A stretch of 64,000 nt of DNA from Clostridia bacterium (GTDB lineage: Bacteria; Bacillota; Clostridia; Christensenellales; UBA1242), in NCBI GenBank assembly GCA_017452445.1, contig JAFTMH010000002.1:723-64722 (forward strand). Reading direction: 5' to 3'. Within the stretch, counting starts at the first letter, position 1; the number at the start of each line of letters is the position of its first letter. Of this stretch, positions 58,201 through 63,281 are shown piece after piece. A model generated the notes under the pieces. That model was given only the letters and a program-made list of their open reading frames with translations, was not told the DNA's origin and made no database searches. A program made the translations under genes and the position numbers.

Positions 58201-61200
58201 TCGCCGTCACATATCTCAAATACATTGAAAACCCTGATGGCGAAGTCTGATTAAACACAAGTTTAACTTCTTTTCCACCGTCCATATAACTCCAGCCACC
58301 ACTGCTGTTTGTGATAAGTTTCATAGTCCCAAATTCAGGGGCAGAAGAAATGATAGCCTTGTTTTTGACATCAAGTCCAACATGCAATCCTTGAAGGCCG
58401 TTGCCGTTGATTTTCAATTCGTATTGCACTTCGGCGTTGTCAACAACGGCGTAAGCATAAACATTTTGCACATCTGTCAAATTTGGTGCAAACGCATGAT
58501 AAAGTCCCGCTTCCACAACGTGTTGAACAAGATCTCTTTGCACAGTCAAATTTAAAGTATAGTTTCCGATAAGGTTGTAGAACAAAACTCCTTCAGTCGC
58601 CAAAGTTTTCTTTTGTGCTGAGAAGTATCCTGTTGCACCTTTGTCGGCATTGCCTACAGTCAAAATACCAAAGTTGGTGTTTTTCTTTCCACTTTGCAAA
58701 TCACCAAATGAAACTGCACCAGGGAAACTGTATCCCTCTTTGAGATTGACTTTAAGCATAATATATTGCGTTTTGTCAACACTGTTTGTTGTGTCGTATG
58801 AAAATGTGAAAGATCCGTTTGTCATTTCAGAAAATTCTACGACAGTTTCCACTTTGAAATCTTGCGCACTTCTGCGATATGTAATTGATTCGATCGCATC
58901 GGCAAGTTCGAAATCGCCAGCATAATCTCTATAGTCGTTGTATGTGTCTTCTTGCGCCAATTGCTTAAATTTTACAGTAAAGTTGTAAGTGGTTGGGAGT
59001 GCATTTCCTGTGATTTTTGATGTGGCAGCCTTCCAGCTTGCGTGCCATTGTGCATTGTCAATTCTGCTGTTTGCAAATTGACCTCTGCTCACAGCACTTG
59101 AAAATTTGCTTGCACTGTAAGTTGTCCAAATTTCGGCAACTTCAAAGTCGTTGCTTCTCATATACACCCTGCTGCCATTTTTGATAACATAAGGAGTGTT
59201 GAACAACTCTGGATAATCCTCTTCAAGCACAGAGTCATATTCGAGGTTGTAATCAATGTAAACAACAGGTTTGCCTTGTGCGTTTTTGCTTACATTCCAA
59301 GTTGTGTCTGCAATATATTCTGCAAAGAAGTTGTCTCTTTCATAATCGTTGTAGATGATTTTAACCTTTACAGCAGTTGATGTGTTGTAAAAGCCCATAT
59401 CATTCCAAAGTGCAACAAGTCTAATTGTGGTTGCACCGGTTTCAAGTTTTGCCAAAGCATCTGTCACATTGTCCACTTTTGCGTTTGAAAGCGAAACAAC
59501 TTGTCCGTTTGTCACACTTGCAACTTGATAACCTGCAAGTTTGAAACCTTTTTTGATAAGCAAATCTAAATATGATTTTGCATATTCTTCATTGTCAGAA
59601 GTTGTTGGCAACATTGTGTTGTATGTTTCGTCAATCTTGATTGGATTCTTTTTTGCATCTTGATAAATTTTTCCATCAGAAGTCAACACCAATTTGTAAA
59701 TGCCTTTGTTTACTTTGTTTGTTGCTTGCTTTGATGCGACTGTTGAAGAATAGAAGATTCCACCAGCAGAGTCAATTTCCACTTGATAAAGTCTTTCGTA
59801 TTGATTTACTTTTAAATTTGAAAGATTGATATTGTGACTGTTTTCGCCAGCAACAATAAACAGCTTTTTGTTTGTAACAGCAGTGCCGATCGATGGGTTT
59901 GCAGTGTCTGTGGCCGAAGCACAATTTTCGTCACGGCAGTTTATGATGTAAGTTTCGCCAGCGACAGAACCTACAAAGGTTCCTTTGCCAACGGTGTTGC
60001 TTGTTGAAGCTGTCAAATAAATGACATTTCTCATTGTCAAATTTTTGATGACTGCGCCATTTGAAGTTTTTCCAAACAAACCATAATGAGAAAAACTTTC
60101 GTGTTGCGAACATGTAAGCCCCGAAATTGCAAATCCATTTCCATCAAAAACATCTTGGAAAGGTTTTGTTTCTTCAAAAATTCCGATTGGCATCCAAGTT
60201 TTTCCAGTCAAGTCAATGTCGTTTTGCAACGCATAATAAACTTTTGCCCCAGACTTAACTTTTTGTGCCTCATGGTTGAGTTTGTTGTAATAGAATGAAA
60301 CATATCCCAAATCAGCCGCTGTGAAAATTTTGTAAGGATTGTCAACCGTGCCTTCGCCTTTCAAAACATCAAGCCCCATTTCGGTTTTGCCAGAATAATA
60401 TGTGTCGTGATTGTTTGAGAAAATATTTGTGTTTCGCAAATATGGCAAACCACCATTTATACCAAACTCAATTCCCCAAATTGTGTCAAAATTCCAAAGT
60501 GTTTTGTAAGTCTTAAATCCAGCAACTCCACTGTCAATTCTTTCGCCAGTCCAATATCTGTCACTGCCATAAAAACCTTCGATATAAGCAAAATCTTTAA
60601 GTTCTTTCACATATCTTGAGCCAGAAGTTTCAATGTTGTCATAACACTTTGTCACTTTTGGAGTTTTTGTTGTTGTATACAAACTCTTGTTTGCAGGCAA
60701 TGTTGCCAAAGCAAAACAGTCAGTAAGTTGAGCATTTGTCGCATTGATGACACCAACAAGTCCACCAATGGTTGCATTCATGCCAATTGACGAAGAGGTG
60801 CCTGAAATGCTTCCTGCAAAATAAGAAGTGTGAAGCACATATTTGAATGTGTTTTTCAATATGTTGTCAACAGCACCAACAAGACCACCTGCTGTAATTT
60901 CTTTTGCCGAAAGTTTGATGCTTACAGTTGAAAACGAATCATAAATTTCTGGGTTGAAAGATCCAGAGACTCCCTTGCCTACACTTCCTACAAGACCACC
61001 AACATAAACCCCTGTGCCAGAAACTGCAAAAGATCCTTCAGTATAGCACTCGTGAATGTTTGCAACAGATGTCCCAACAAGACCACCAATGTTTGCAGTT
61101 GAAGAAGAAACATTAAGTCTCAATACTCTGCTTTTGCTGATTGTTGCATCAGCAGTGTTGGCAAAACCAACAAGTCCACCAAAGTGTGTAACAGATGTGC

Positions 61201-61819
61201 CGCCTGTGTAAGTAATTTTGTCAACAGAACAATTTTCAATTGTGTTTGGGTTTGATATGTATGAAAACTGAGCAACCAATCCACCAACATATTGGGCAAC
61301 CGAAGCATATGTAATATTTTCAAGGTTTAAATTGCGAATGTTTCCCACAACCATTCCAAAAAAGCCAGCATATGGTCCATCAGCAGCAATTTTGATGTTT
61401 GTGATTGTATGACATTGTCCATCAAAAGTTCCTTCAAAAAAGCTGTTTACTCCAATTGGTGTCCAAGCGTAATTTTTTAAGTCAATATCAGTTTCAAGGT
61501 AGATAGTGTAGTTTTGATAAGTTTTAGATCCAGAGTAAGTGTTTATTGTGTGTGCAAAATATGCAAGACCAGCAGCAGAACGAATTCTAACTTCATTTGA
61601 ATTGTTGCTATAAAAGTCTGCCGATGTGACCTGAGTTTCAGAAATTTGTGAAACACCGTCCCATTCGCTGGTTGGCGTAATTCCGTTCCATTCACTTACA
61701 CTTGATGTTTCTGCATAAACAAGATTGTTTTTCTCGCTGCTTACATCAAAAAAACTAAGGGCAGTAAAAAGCCCAAAAACTAAAATTAAAATTGAAACAA
61801 ATAAACTACGCTTCTTCAT
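43292..61819 (-). CDS. giant (6175 aa) surface protein: GLUG-type modules at both ends, a long array of InlB-B/Listeria-Bacteroides-type and Ig/MBG-like repeats, and a C-terminal TM anchor
   Basis: Uninterrupted 18,528-nt ORF with SD GGAGA. Signal peptide MKKRSLFVSILILVFGLFTALSFF. Six GGLVG/A turns lie in aa ~180-360 and end with WNFDTIWGI…NGGLPYL. DIDL…W-x-PIG modules occur at aa ~85-150 (ahead of the GGLVG turns), aa ~490-640 and aa ~6020-6130. There are dozens of G-[YF]-x-[FL]-x-G-[WF] repeats (GYTLVGWNY, GYQFVGWFD, YSFAGWSE, GYTFESWSV). The C-terminus is WYFYLIGLLGAALVVTVIVILVL followed by TRKRRKRRRKLSNQ (TM ~43337-43405). Confidence 0.9.
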   Translation of the reverse strand: MKKRSLFVSILILVFGLFTALSFFDVSSEKNNLVYAETSSVSEWNGITPTSEWDGVSQISETQVTSADFYSNNSNEVRIRSAAGLAYFAHTINTYSGSKTYQNYTIYLETDIDLKNYAWTPIGVNSFFEGTFDGQCHTITNIKIAADGPYAGFFGMVVGNIRNLNLENITYASVAQYVGGLVAQFSYISNPNTIENCSVDKITYTGGTSVTHFGGLVGFANTADATISKSRVLRLNVSSSTANIGGLVGTSVANIHECYTEGSFAVSGTGVYVGGLVGSVGKGVSGSFNPEIYDSFSTVSIKLSAKEITAGGLVGAVDNILKNTFKYVLHTSYFAGSISGTSSSIGMNATIGGLVGVINATNAQLTDCFALATLPANKSLYTTTKTPKVTKCYDNIETSGSRYVKELKDFAYIEGFYGSDRYWTGERIDSGVAGFKTYKTLWNFDTIWGIEFGINGGLPYLRNTNIFSNNHDTYYSGKTEMGLDVLKGEGTVDNPYKIFTAADLGYVSFYYNKLNHEAQKVKSGAKVYYALQNDIDLTGKTWMPIGIFEETKPFQDVFDGNGFAISGLTCSQHESFSHYGLFGKTSNGAVIKNLTMRNVIYLTASTSNTVGKGTFVGSVAGETYIINCRDENCASATDTANPSIGTAVTNKKLFIVAGENSHNINLSNLKVNQYERLYQVEIDSAGGIFYSSTVASKQATNKVNKGIYKLVLTSDGKIYQDAKKNPIKIDETYNTMLPTTSDNEEYAKSYLDLLIKKGFKLAGYQVASVTNGQVVSLSNAKVDNVTDALAKLETGATTIRLVALWNDMGFYNTSTAVKVKIIYNDYERDNFFAEYIADTTWNVSKNAQGKPVVYIDYNLEYDSVLEEDYPELFNTPYVIKNGSRVYMRSNDFEVAEIWTTYSASKFSSAVSRGQFANSRIDNAQWHASWKAATSKITGNALPTTYNFTVKFKQLAQEDTYNDYRDYAGDFELADAIESITYRRSAQDFKVETVVEFSEMTNGSFTFSYDTTNSVDKTQYIMLKVNLKEGYSFPGAVSFGDLQSGKKNTNFGILTVGNADKGATGYFSAQKKTLATEGVLFYNLIGNYTLNLTVQRDLVQHVVEAGLYHAFAPNLTDVQNVYAYAVVDNAEVQYELKINGNGLQGLHVGLDVKNKAIISSAPEFGTMKLITNSSGGWSYMDGGKEVKLVFNQTSPSGFSMYLRYVTATGDRFFEYRYQVMANGYKNEEKLYIYEISALPQYGDYDTDETRIDYVLNFNLNLNYLTWAEETVEHYTDTDFVFLASTEDSAIVFNDYVTQAGWDDYFPDEIKVGGEGGVTHTPLIEAEGAGGIKQPRKFVVEFVRVGHGYSSNYYEIKAVEKYTEASFRIKIVDSNGNMIMPGESPTSEFMHVAIPKYLITEDGTVTFKIATTPYYTIRNVFDASGTPQLIFATSATDTSELYNIHINPRKVSLDKGIGESDESYEQRCKDYMNALAQDNTRYFTREGRGPSISVTNDTFEIALPYNRATNAVGLQPGNYEITITCEIVYYKLEYGTRFLSYQDRDVLESELTLDDTGDGVYLAEEENSQITTHALREEADYDSAVQNIQYDDRMFISTQLGSNQAYFFKGWYIEAYNYQGYIRIGPDLFTAESFDFFYSDYYVDPAIVPEEYNTRYQTRIYAVYIKKQVTLTVYDYGILLDENGVDGVDVEKYLFEFEIMDLQFKIGETTPLTEQIYSYSSNAEEPLLLNGLAFVKNSGFGYYFDGYELVNEAGRVLQTIEGALIFDLHDYVKEMLENPIEGEQYINERRLYLKPLLRQKTARIFIYSGTGTATSYGDFKDNGIVYDYNGNETTDDVYEIVQMFYSQTVTFDSTEGYEFLLNGEETDLSANAVFASRKGYQLEPMKPWTVVEGNKGALDGSYLELNSNYFTEETAEVNYIEMHIYRAWKANEYTLVFRRGTGIFTPNTDDESVTVRVVYDQEYGSDCQLLSGVPTLRKIKYTGYTLVGWNYTHFDGTTVTTEFDAAGLFIGSTLFDEKGRYILEDPETGLPADMVYLLPEWGSGVYTIHIYTNGADTVNGIAVSGDKKENYLEYNINYNKTFAQMYVGSNDLEYVDLSSIVLTRKGFHFLNFSIKDGNYIAEITRDHIFDEFLRGMSLTRTPALTIYAQWSFDQESLQLELNNSYLPALKYNGQNQIVYLADYFYEGNYTAVGFNIDTGSNVLDIALKDANLTSLTIRFESLNAAKDQGQMAFSVKDCLTAGAYTATLYLSVDDEAKYLSLGTVWSAALNFNITVDAAEIEIDDSVTSEEVYVANIKRILAPYISATQKSNLESRVSLATVATFVRGLESGLDALSDIQVYEYTMVKYYFISVTNDASVLIYKNWTYQDYLDLRTSNEELADAIVNQMKYFDFYQYANNSGKQEIASYKSLSLKSPTVSNVSSDLEVVSLEINSHEILAQTLYTARVYVRSLGLGRGVTNYNLSYDEATGRYYIEGLQVFILPQVLVVENRQAEKSSYYNAYQTPEIEWQGSREYVDFEGQLHYLIEGNIYVAATLTTSTVGNKDGDTQFNFVDPTNYLYFVETSIVRKVGEDLIRSLSDFKLVMSESDIYTILNVNGIIDVIIDARYLTRNEGLLSFEQVDNALATKLLKIVSVTYTQGGKETTIREENGLAERAYSDGGAYFEIYTNNENMVYARINPAVTSITVIATETNLSEYISLYKWSQYAEFDVDGTMASDGTYTINRSDIEISEDSLTEVTYYAIYTDLVKTVYHYGFPEGFGLDTTAEGVLKLGSSTAADVRQPSVAGFQLIELQAERLDGSRVNYANIFTGAIGAGGGKTFVGLSSSAKFVTVNFYALWKAEEMQTYQILTTKKYPVEQFLGLNQEEVVGFDNKNTLIFTYTYKWLFEGELVKEGEVLQLAGNGTFNQTGNYSLVVTCSIIEEFKSALYDPGTGGTTTATINFYLEFVRNKIIAIQFPDEVTSVYNGQDQANQWGIEITFTQYNASTDDYQIAYSTATLYNSTVGTLYTQMYFNGGSDPVAEMKNAGYYIVEVCYSPASYILEDGLTQTSFVYTITPFVADIAELNVGFTKKFNTADPVLKVDTIFTAEMVTLIFARPLGEDVGIYNLYFEDIAQDYKGNYVFKMGGTTLFENGTKTVDCSTTAVGEFEIQKTGALKFAYETSAVNPAHIVRGYSNKGYTFTVNSDFVMQILSDGNVLNTFNLKLYDVSTNLEITNLEIKNLIRAQMGDITPKFYATDLLDIVYESAVYTYRFEIGEQMSRYFASVEFDQNYAFEVGQIQIDVSAIDFNKVYDAQTTATFDQLGNAVDLDEYVGMYILATYATSHAGENIKVELSLNNNDPTTNLGNYALAATSTTATILKRSATLTVSMTSANYVYGDISLRNIVDKVASIEVVDTEGNDVRSWLIDGYYNIRYGLADDVKINGSGYVYKGNYTLQITSTFDDFNMTVVSPSFTIDAMEIELTLGQGYISVTAVEKIKAAYEDVYSVGSTGDFLDISYRVVGQTVGANAQVGLWDLALNQSSFLEGSVVLLLPAGNEAFEVILATNILYLRLDPAQTSLLTKQYISSNYALSADGANKQLLITSVVTQTIDMKFFILEDENEVTINSADVSFDSIEITATGGVFSFQNAGSYRLVLKAEASGYETVVFDQEYYFIIEKQMINVDNLTLEKEYSGDSVGIIENFAEKLGSDNVSILVRYKTAEVGEDIEVSLFLQGAQAPNYQLSIEKSVGKITKASAVLSLTQTSWVYGMINSSNLFGHQLLVNGNIVPTSQYTIAFTVVDGRYSDFGYLNVGSYNIEATIVSNSYQITYVPTLVQITPYELDIEFLTNGLATYSYGAPETLTDEFAFEYQTQLFEDVTLILTRESGFAVGNYHVIDGRLDGSETNYTLLSLVDNSSEGMFRILKAIETVYLLLSNDETVTLGGTTATIEYDGNAYDSVAVEERSTGLYKLVIYNSKNKGVKREFDLNAYSLSNGTYTKIAGQIENLTAQVQFLNASNVKNIGTYEIFAGDITANNYNVMLGQNGAQYAYFFRILAKKLYFKQSLISKVFDNKSALFVYENAADMLDGVVEGEDIVLTIRLLDAGGMIVKYAGFDYTVDATIAGDTIGNYDFTRKTTLDGTPITGRIERAEIFIVLNTQKFKYGDDIDLKYSYRTDVDMTGYDMTRMSIAVNPAADAANYSSTGCLNAGEYAAVVTYSFEDFFCDKFIVDNAEQPSTTGASFVVEKVELTLVTMSNLSFQEIFTKTYDETVDVELVRDGTEVLGITGIITKGGVYDDVAIVSATYARETIGEGIVVTINIDGVDSQNYTIATWNHGVINPVIVFIEFDDNTEEETRSDVIINGLVEISELAYPFVSASNITSNSANTQTSTNKNFPTMLTGKTGHSFSHWVMIFRNIATETEEYTFLQSLISNYAMTATYNKGELSVIVANDAKTANFLNSLLRDQEDTLNKYYYKNHEDITITFTAMWSVNKFNVNITIADENGRNAQYGSVEIDDRDDSTENRFVTTTYRQQVEYGKGVTFIATANAHSKFFGFYRDSANAYEADGTTILINGNRIGFESVTREYNLIVRFRSQKITLELDLTEHPEAAIVAGNFNLVETGRYQLTLSYFEIESRKLDFLPSIDRVGYETIALKVGATEIAKEMYSTTLISSFVESEFDDEIISFVPVYTSIGLVVILDYGYDGITKSIAVSYDAPYQDAEGWDEAPSRYGYQFVGWFDHNSNMIVGTSIVSYTQEHTLTAQWDINKSTILFTVLNGRIENSTLEFTKGGNLYIANDVEYLKEISFKLVANQGYVFEATWAPEFTTTTNADGSLQVVFVMTANDYVYTLPIVARINRVVTKGSFVEGVTAFDITIDEIPITVVDKAFDIETGKTIRLVATASRGYQMTDNVEFDSTLGLIVDKTLSNGTLIMQIVGIFQDLEITFEAEEQINRITIEFEDITKVERVMVGDLTYADPTQVDVVEIETAQILKLGIVYKHGYTYGFNETNEFETRAREISSNQCEIIVSEIYSSGNIKIYHARAKFTVTIEVLSYNQDRELVNEPGNIALADGENPLQVEYLSTITLTYETATLYSFAGWSEDGENVFGSANGQRYTITDNIRLYAIFSTMKFYVTFATYNYYQIYTEYNDPTKTENVFEEVESKYYDEETSEQITSAEIYYGASKNILLEVQEGYKYAGYGFWKEDEFVFLTKTSVTDQLATVSLISSLFDEEVQEFTLYLLIEAYGSSFNFITEINIDGIRENNFNTAYINLSNADAEDVNRFGYVDGTRIHYSEEDFVDEELLDNKKFSVVAYTGDEVYIKLVIEKEGYVFDKIVSSRDDIAFDIYERTDDYIMFVFNEFIGGEDFDFEILIKPVLNTINLAFLNNDIRVDGGAFDIGLDENNAHKVWTSGNQMTYTQVSAYTDSRFVVYAYIRAGYYWKNDGTGIVDESGLIVEGSLEYEDLVIEQSGYTGRIKFEVADYIKENTISILVFTSLYSVRLVEDGQTLAIIKDVTFGSTLNLSEENTANITLVDDRLGFMGGKLRFDAMKRENHSFEGFFTYENGAGVRYINANGEAINSWAESGYILDTITSLYKLSTHAKVVNEETGEIEITLYLYWAYLKTRIEFNFVPEIDTKYTAKDMVSGVDFSNSWFYETSPHYIEVSFNTPIVISAPEFEGYKFYAFILSQRNHAGVWLQDVLIYTPQTPWSTNDVDRIVECQIKIIYYAHVEVLVSGGEANFKIAQDNADAQSKALLLENYVDTEKTFTIEALPIGGYTFESWSVLHEDEDFEDQTITLQIDKEATLVINLSGRPATLWFEEYSPQFGQIVQVAAYSLNLSKATYEMGYYSNGTFEKTITQVLVNVGDTVEFKIKVDSGFAVYWNRAEITFGRYDKGFYYFEMKVGTAMADQIIEIVPTFDNTIVSLYVSSSFDPIDIVDKTLDQNNIAAAGSIKHNGRATKVVVMETGKEILLETATTKRYEIVSITIENYGKSFGDMYEFYDDDTNTILLTPEYMQENNIVGIINLSIVYSRMHWEDESIFITGFAGQGSEKNPYKIGSTTELTLLMKLVNSGARNANGELYSRMHYELARNIDLSEKFWTPIGTILHPFEGVFNFNGHTVRGVQNAYVYKRVSYDGLFGEVSTASRLLSNKTASWYFYLIGLLGAALVVTVIVILVLTRKRRKRRRKLSNQ

Positions 61820-61904
61820 TGGATTTCTCCTTGATATTACTTAAATTTCTACCTGTTAATATTTTACAATAAAATCATGAAATAAACAAACAAAAATTTA
61901 AAAG

Positions 61905-61933
61905 ATATTATATATTTTTAATATATATAATAT
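61905..61933. repeat. AT-only inverted repeat in the 5' region of the giant gene
   Basis: ATATTATATAT (61905-61915), 7 nt, ATATATAATAT (61923-61933). The arms are perfectly complementary 11-nt sequences, ~90-115 nt upstream of the ATG at 61819. Confidence 0.6.
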
Positions 61934-62019
61934 AACGGCTTTTAGTCATATAAAATCTAACAAAAACGACTTTTTTATTTTTAATATTTTTATTGTCAAA
62001 AAATATGCAAAAAATTAAA

Positions 62020-62064
62020 TAAAAAAAATACCAAAAAACTGCATTTTTGCCGATTTTTTGATAT
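62020..62064 (-). terminator. weak A/U-rich candidate terminator after trpS
   Basis: Minus strand: AUAUCAAAAAA (62054-62064) pairs with UUUUUUGGUAU (62028-62038; one G-U pair) around a 15-nt loop, followed by U8. The stem is almost all A-U, so function is doubtful. Confidence 0.3.
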
Positions 62065-62097
62065 TTTTTTATATTTTTAAATTATTATTTTTTTCTT

Positions 62098-63156
62098 TTA
62101 TTTTTTAAGAAATTGCGAATAATCTATGCCCATGGCAGCTTTCATTCTTGCCAAAGTTTCTGAAGCAACTTTGCTTGCTTGGCGACCATTTTCAAACAAC
62201 ATTTCATAAATTTGGTCAATGTTTTGCTCCAAAACCCTTCTTCTTTCACGGATTGGTGCAAGCAATTCTTGCAAAACATTGTTCAAGAAGAGTTTGATTT
62301 TGACATCTCCCAAACCACCTCTGCGATAGTGATCTTTCAATTCGTCAAGATTTTTATATTCTGGCAAATACTTGGCAAAAGACTCATCTGTTGCAAAAGC
62401 GTCAAGATATGCAAACACAACATTTCCTTCAACCTTTCCCGGATCAGAAACTTTGATGTGGTCTGGATCTGTGTAGGCGCCCATAATTTTTTGCTTAATC
62501 ACTTCTGGCTCGTCTTTCAAATAAATGCAGTTTCCTGCAGACTTACTCATTTTAAGTTTTCCGTCAGTGCCAACCAATCTTGCACAAGATTTGTTGTCAG
62601 GAAGCAAAGGTTCTGGCATAACAAGCACATCTTCGCCATAAGCATTGTGGAAACTTCTCACAATTTCTCTGGCTTGTTCGAGCATAGGCAATTGATCTTC
62701 GCCTACAGGCACACAGTTTGCATTAAACGCCAAAATGTCTGATGCTTGGCTTATTGGATAACACATAAACCCAACAGGCATTGTGTTTGCAAAATCTCTT
62801 TGCTTCAACTCTTCTTTCACAGTTGGATTTCTGTTGAGTCTTGCAACTGTAACAAGATTCATAAAATACATTGTCATTTCAGCCAATTCTGGCACTTGCG
62901 ATTGAATAAAAATGTTGACTTTTTTAGGATCAATGCCTGCTGACAAATAGTCCAACGCAACTTGAATAATATTGTTTCTGACCTTGTCAACTTTGTCTGC
63001 ATTGTCTGTCAACGCTTGAGTATCTGCAATCATAATATAAAACTTGTCAAAATTGCCTTCTGCTTGCAATTTAAGTCTGTTTGCAATAGAGCCAACATAG
63101 TGTCCAATGTGCAAATTGCCTGTTGGTCTATCACCTGTCAAAATAATCTTTCCCAT
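62098..63156 (-). CDS. trpS: tryptophan--tRNA ligase
   Basis: MGKIILTGDRPTGNLHIGHYVGS carries the HIGH motif, and KMSKS is present (LKMSKSAGN). The ATG at 63156 follows SD GGAGAAA. The track start at 63198 is an unsupported extension. Confidence 0.95.
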   Translation of the reverse strand: MGKIILTGDRPTGNLHIGHYVGSIANRLKLQAEGNFDKFYIMIADTQALTDNADKVDKVRNNIIQVALDYLSAGIDPKKVNIFIQSQVPELAEMTMYFMNLVTVARLNRNPTVKEELKQRDFANTMPVGFMCYPISQASDILAFNANCVPVGEDQLPMLEQAREIVRSFHNAYGEDVLVMPEPLLPDNKSCARLVGTDGKLKMSKSAGNCIYLKDEPEVIKQKIMGAYTDPDHIKVSDPGKVEGNVVFAYLDAFATDESFAKYLPEYKNLDELKDHYRRGGLGDVKIKLFLNNVLQELLAPIRERRRVLEQNIDQIYEMLFENGRQASKVASETLARMKAAMGIDYSQFLKK

Positions 63157-63207
63157 ACAATTTCTCCGATATATCATATCAAAAATAGCAAAAAGCAATC
63201 AATTATC

Positions 63208-63239
63208 TCAAAAAATCGCAAAAATTGGCGATTTTTTGT
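63208..63239 (-). terminator. intrinsic terminator after gltX
   Basis: Stem AATCGC (63214-63219) / GCGATT (63228-63233) with an 8-nt loop. T6 follows on the minus strand. Confidence 0.7.
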
Positions 63240-63281
63240 CATTTTCTTGTCTTGTTGCCTTTTGCTATTATCTGTCAATTT

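Noticed and set aside
13669-61819. Antisense or alternative-frame ORFs inside the other giant genes (e.g. 15862-16323, 44284-44694, 56959-57408, 57785-58117)
   Set aside because: The reasoning is the same as above: each is fully nested in a much longer, well-supported ORF and shows no translation signals.
63157-63281. T-box riboswitch leaders upstream of trpS (and of argS at 23189-23283)
   Set aside because: The spacers are only ~125 and ~95 nt. They contain a terminator of the upstream gene or a divergent promoter. They lack the conserved T-box sequence, specifier loop and antiterminator architecture.
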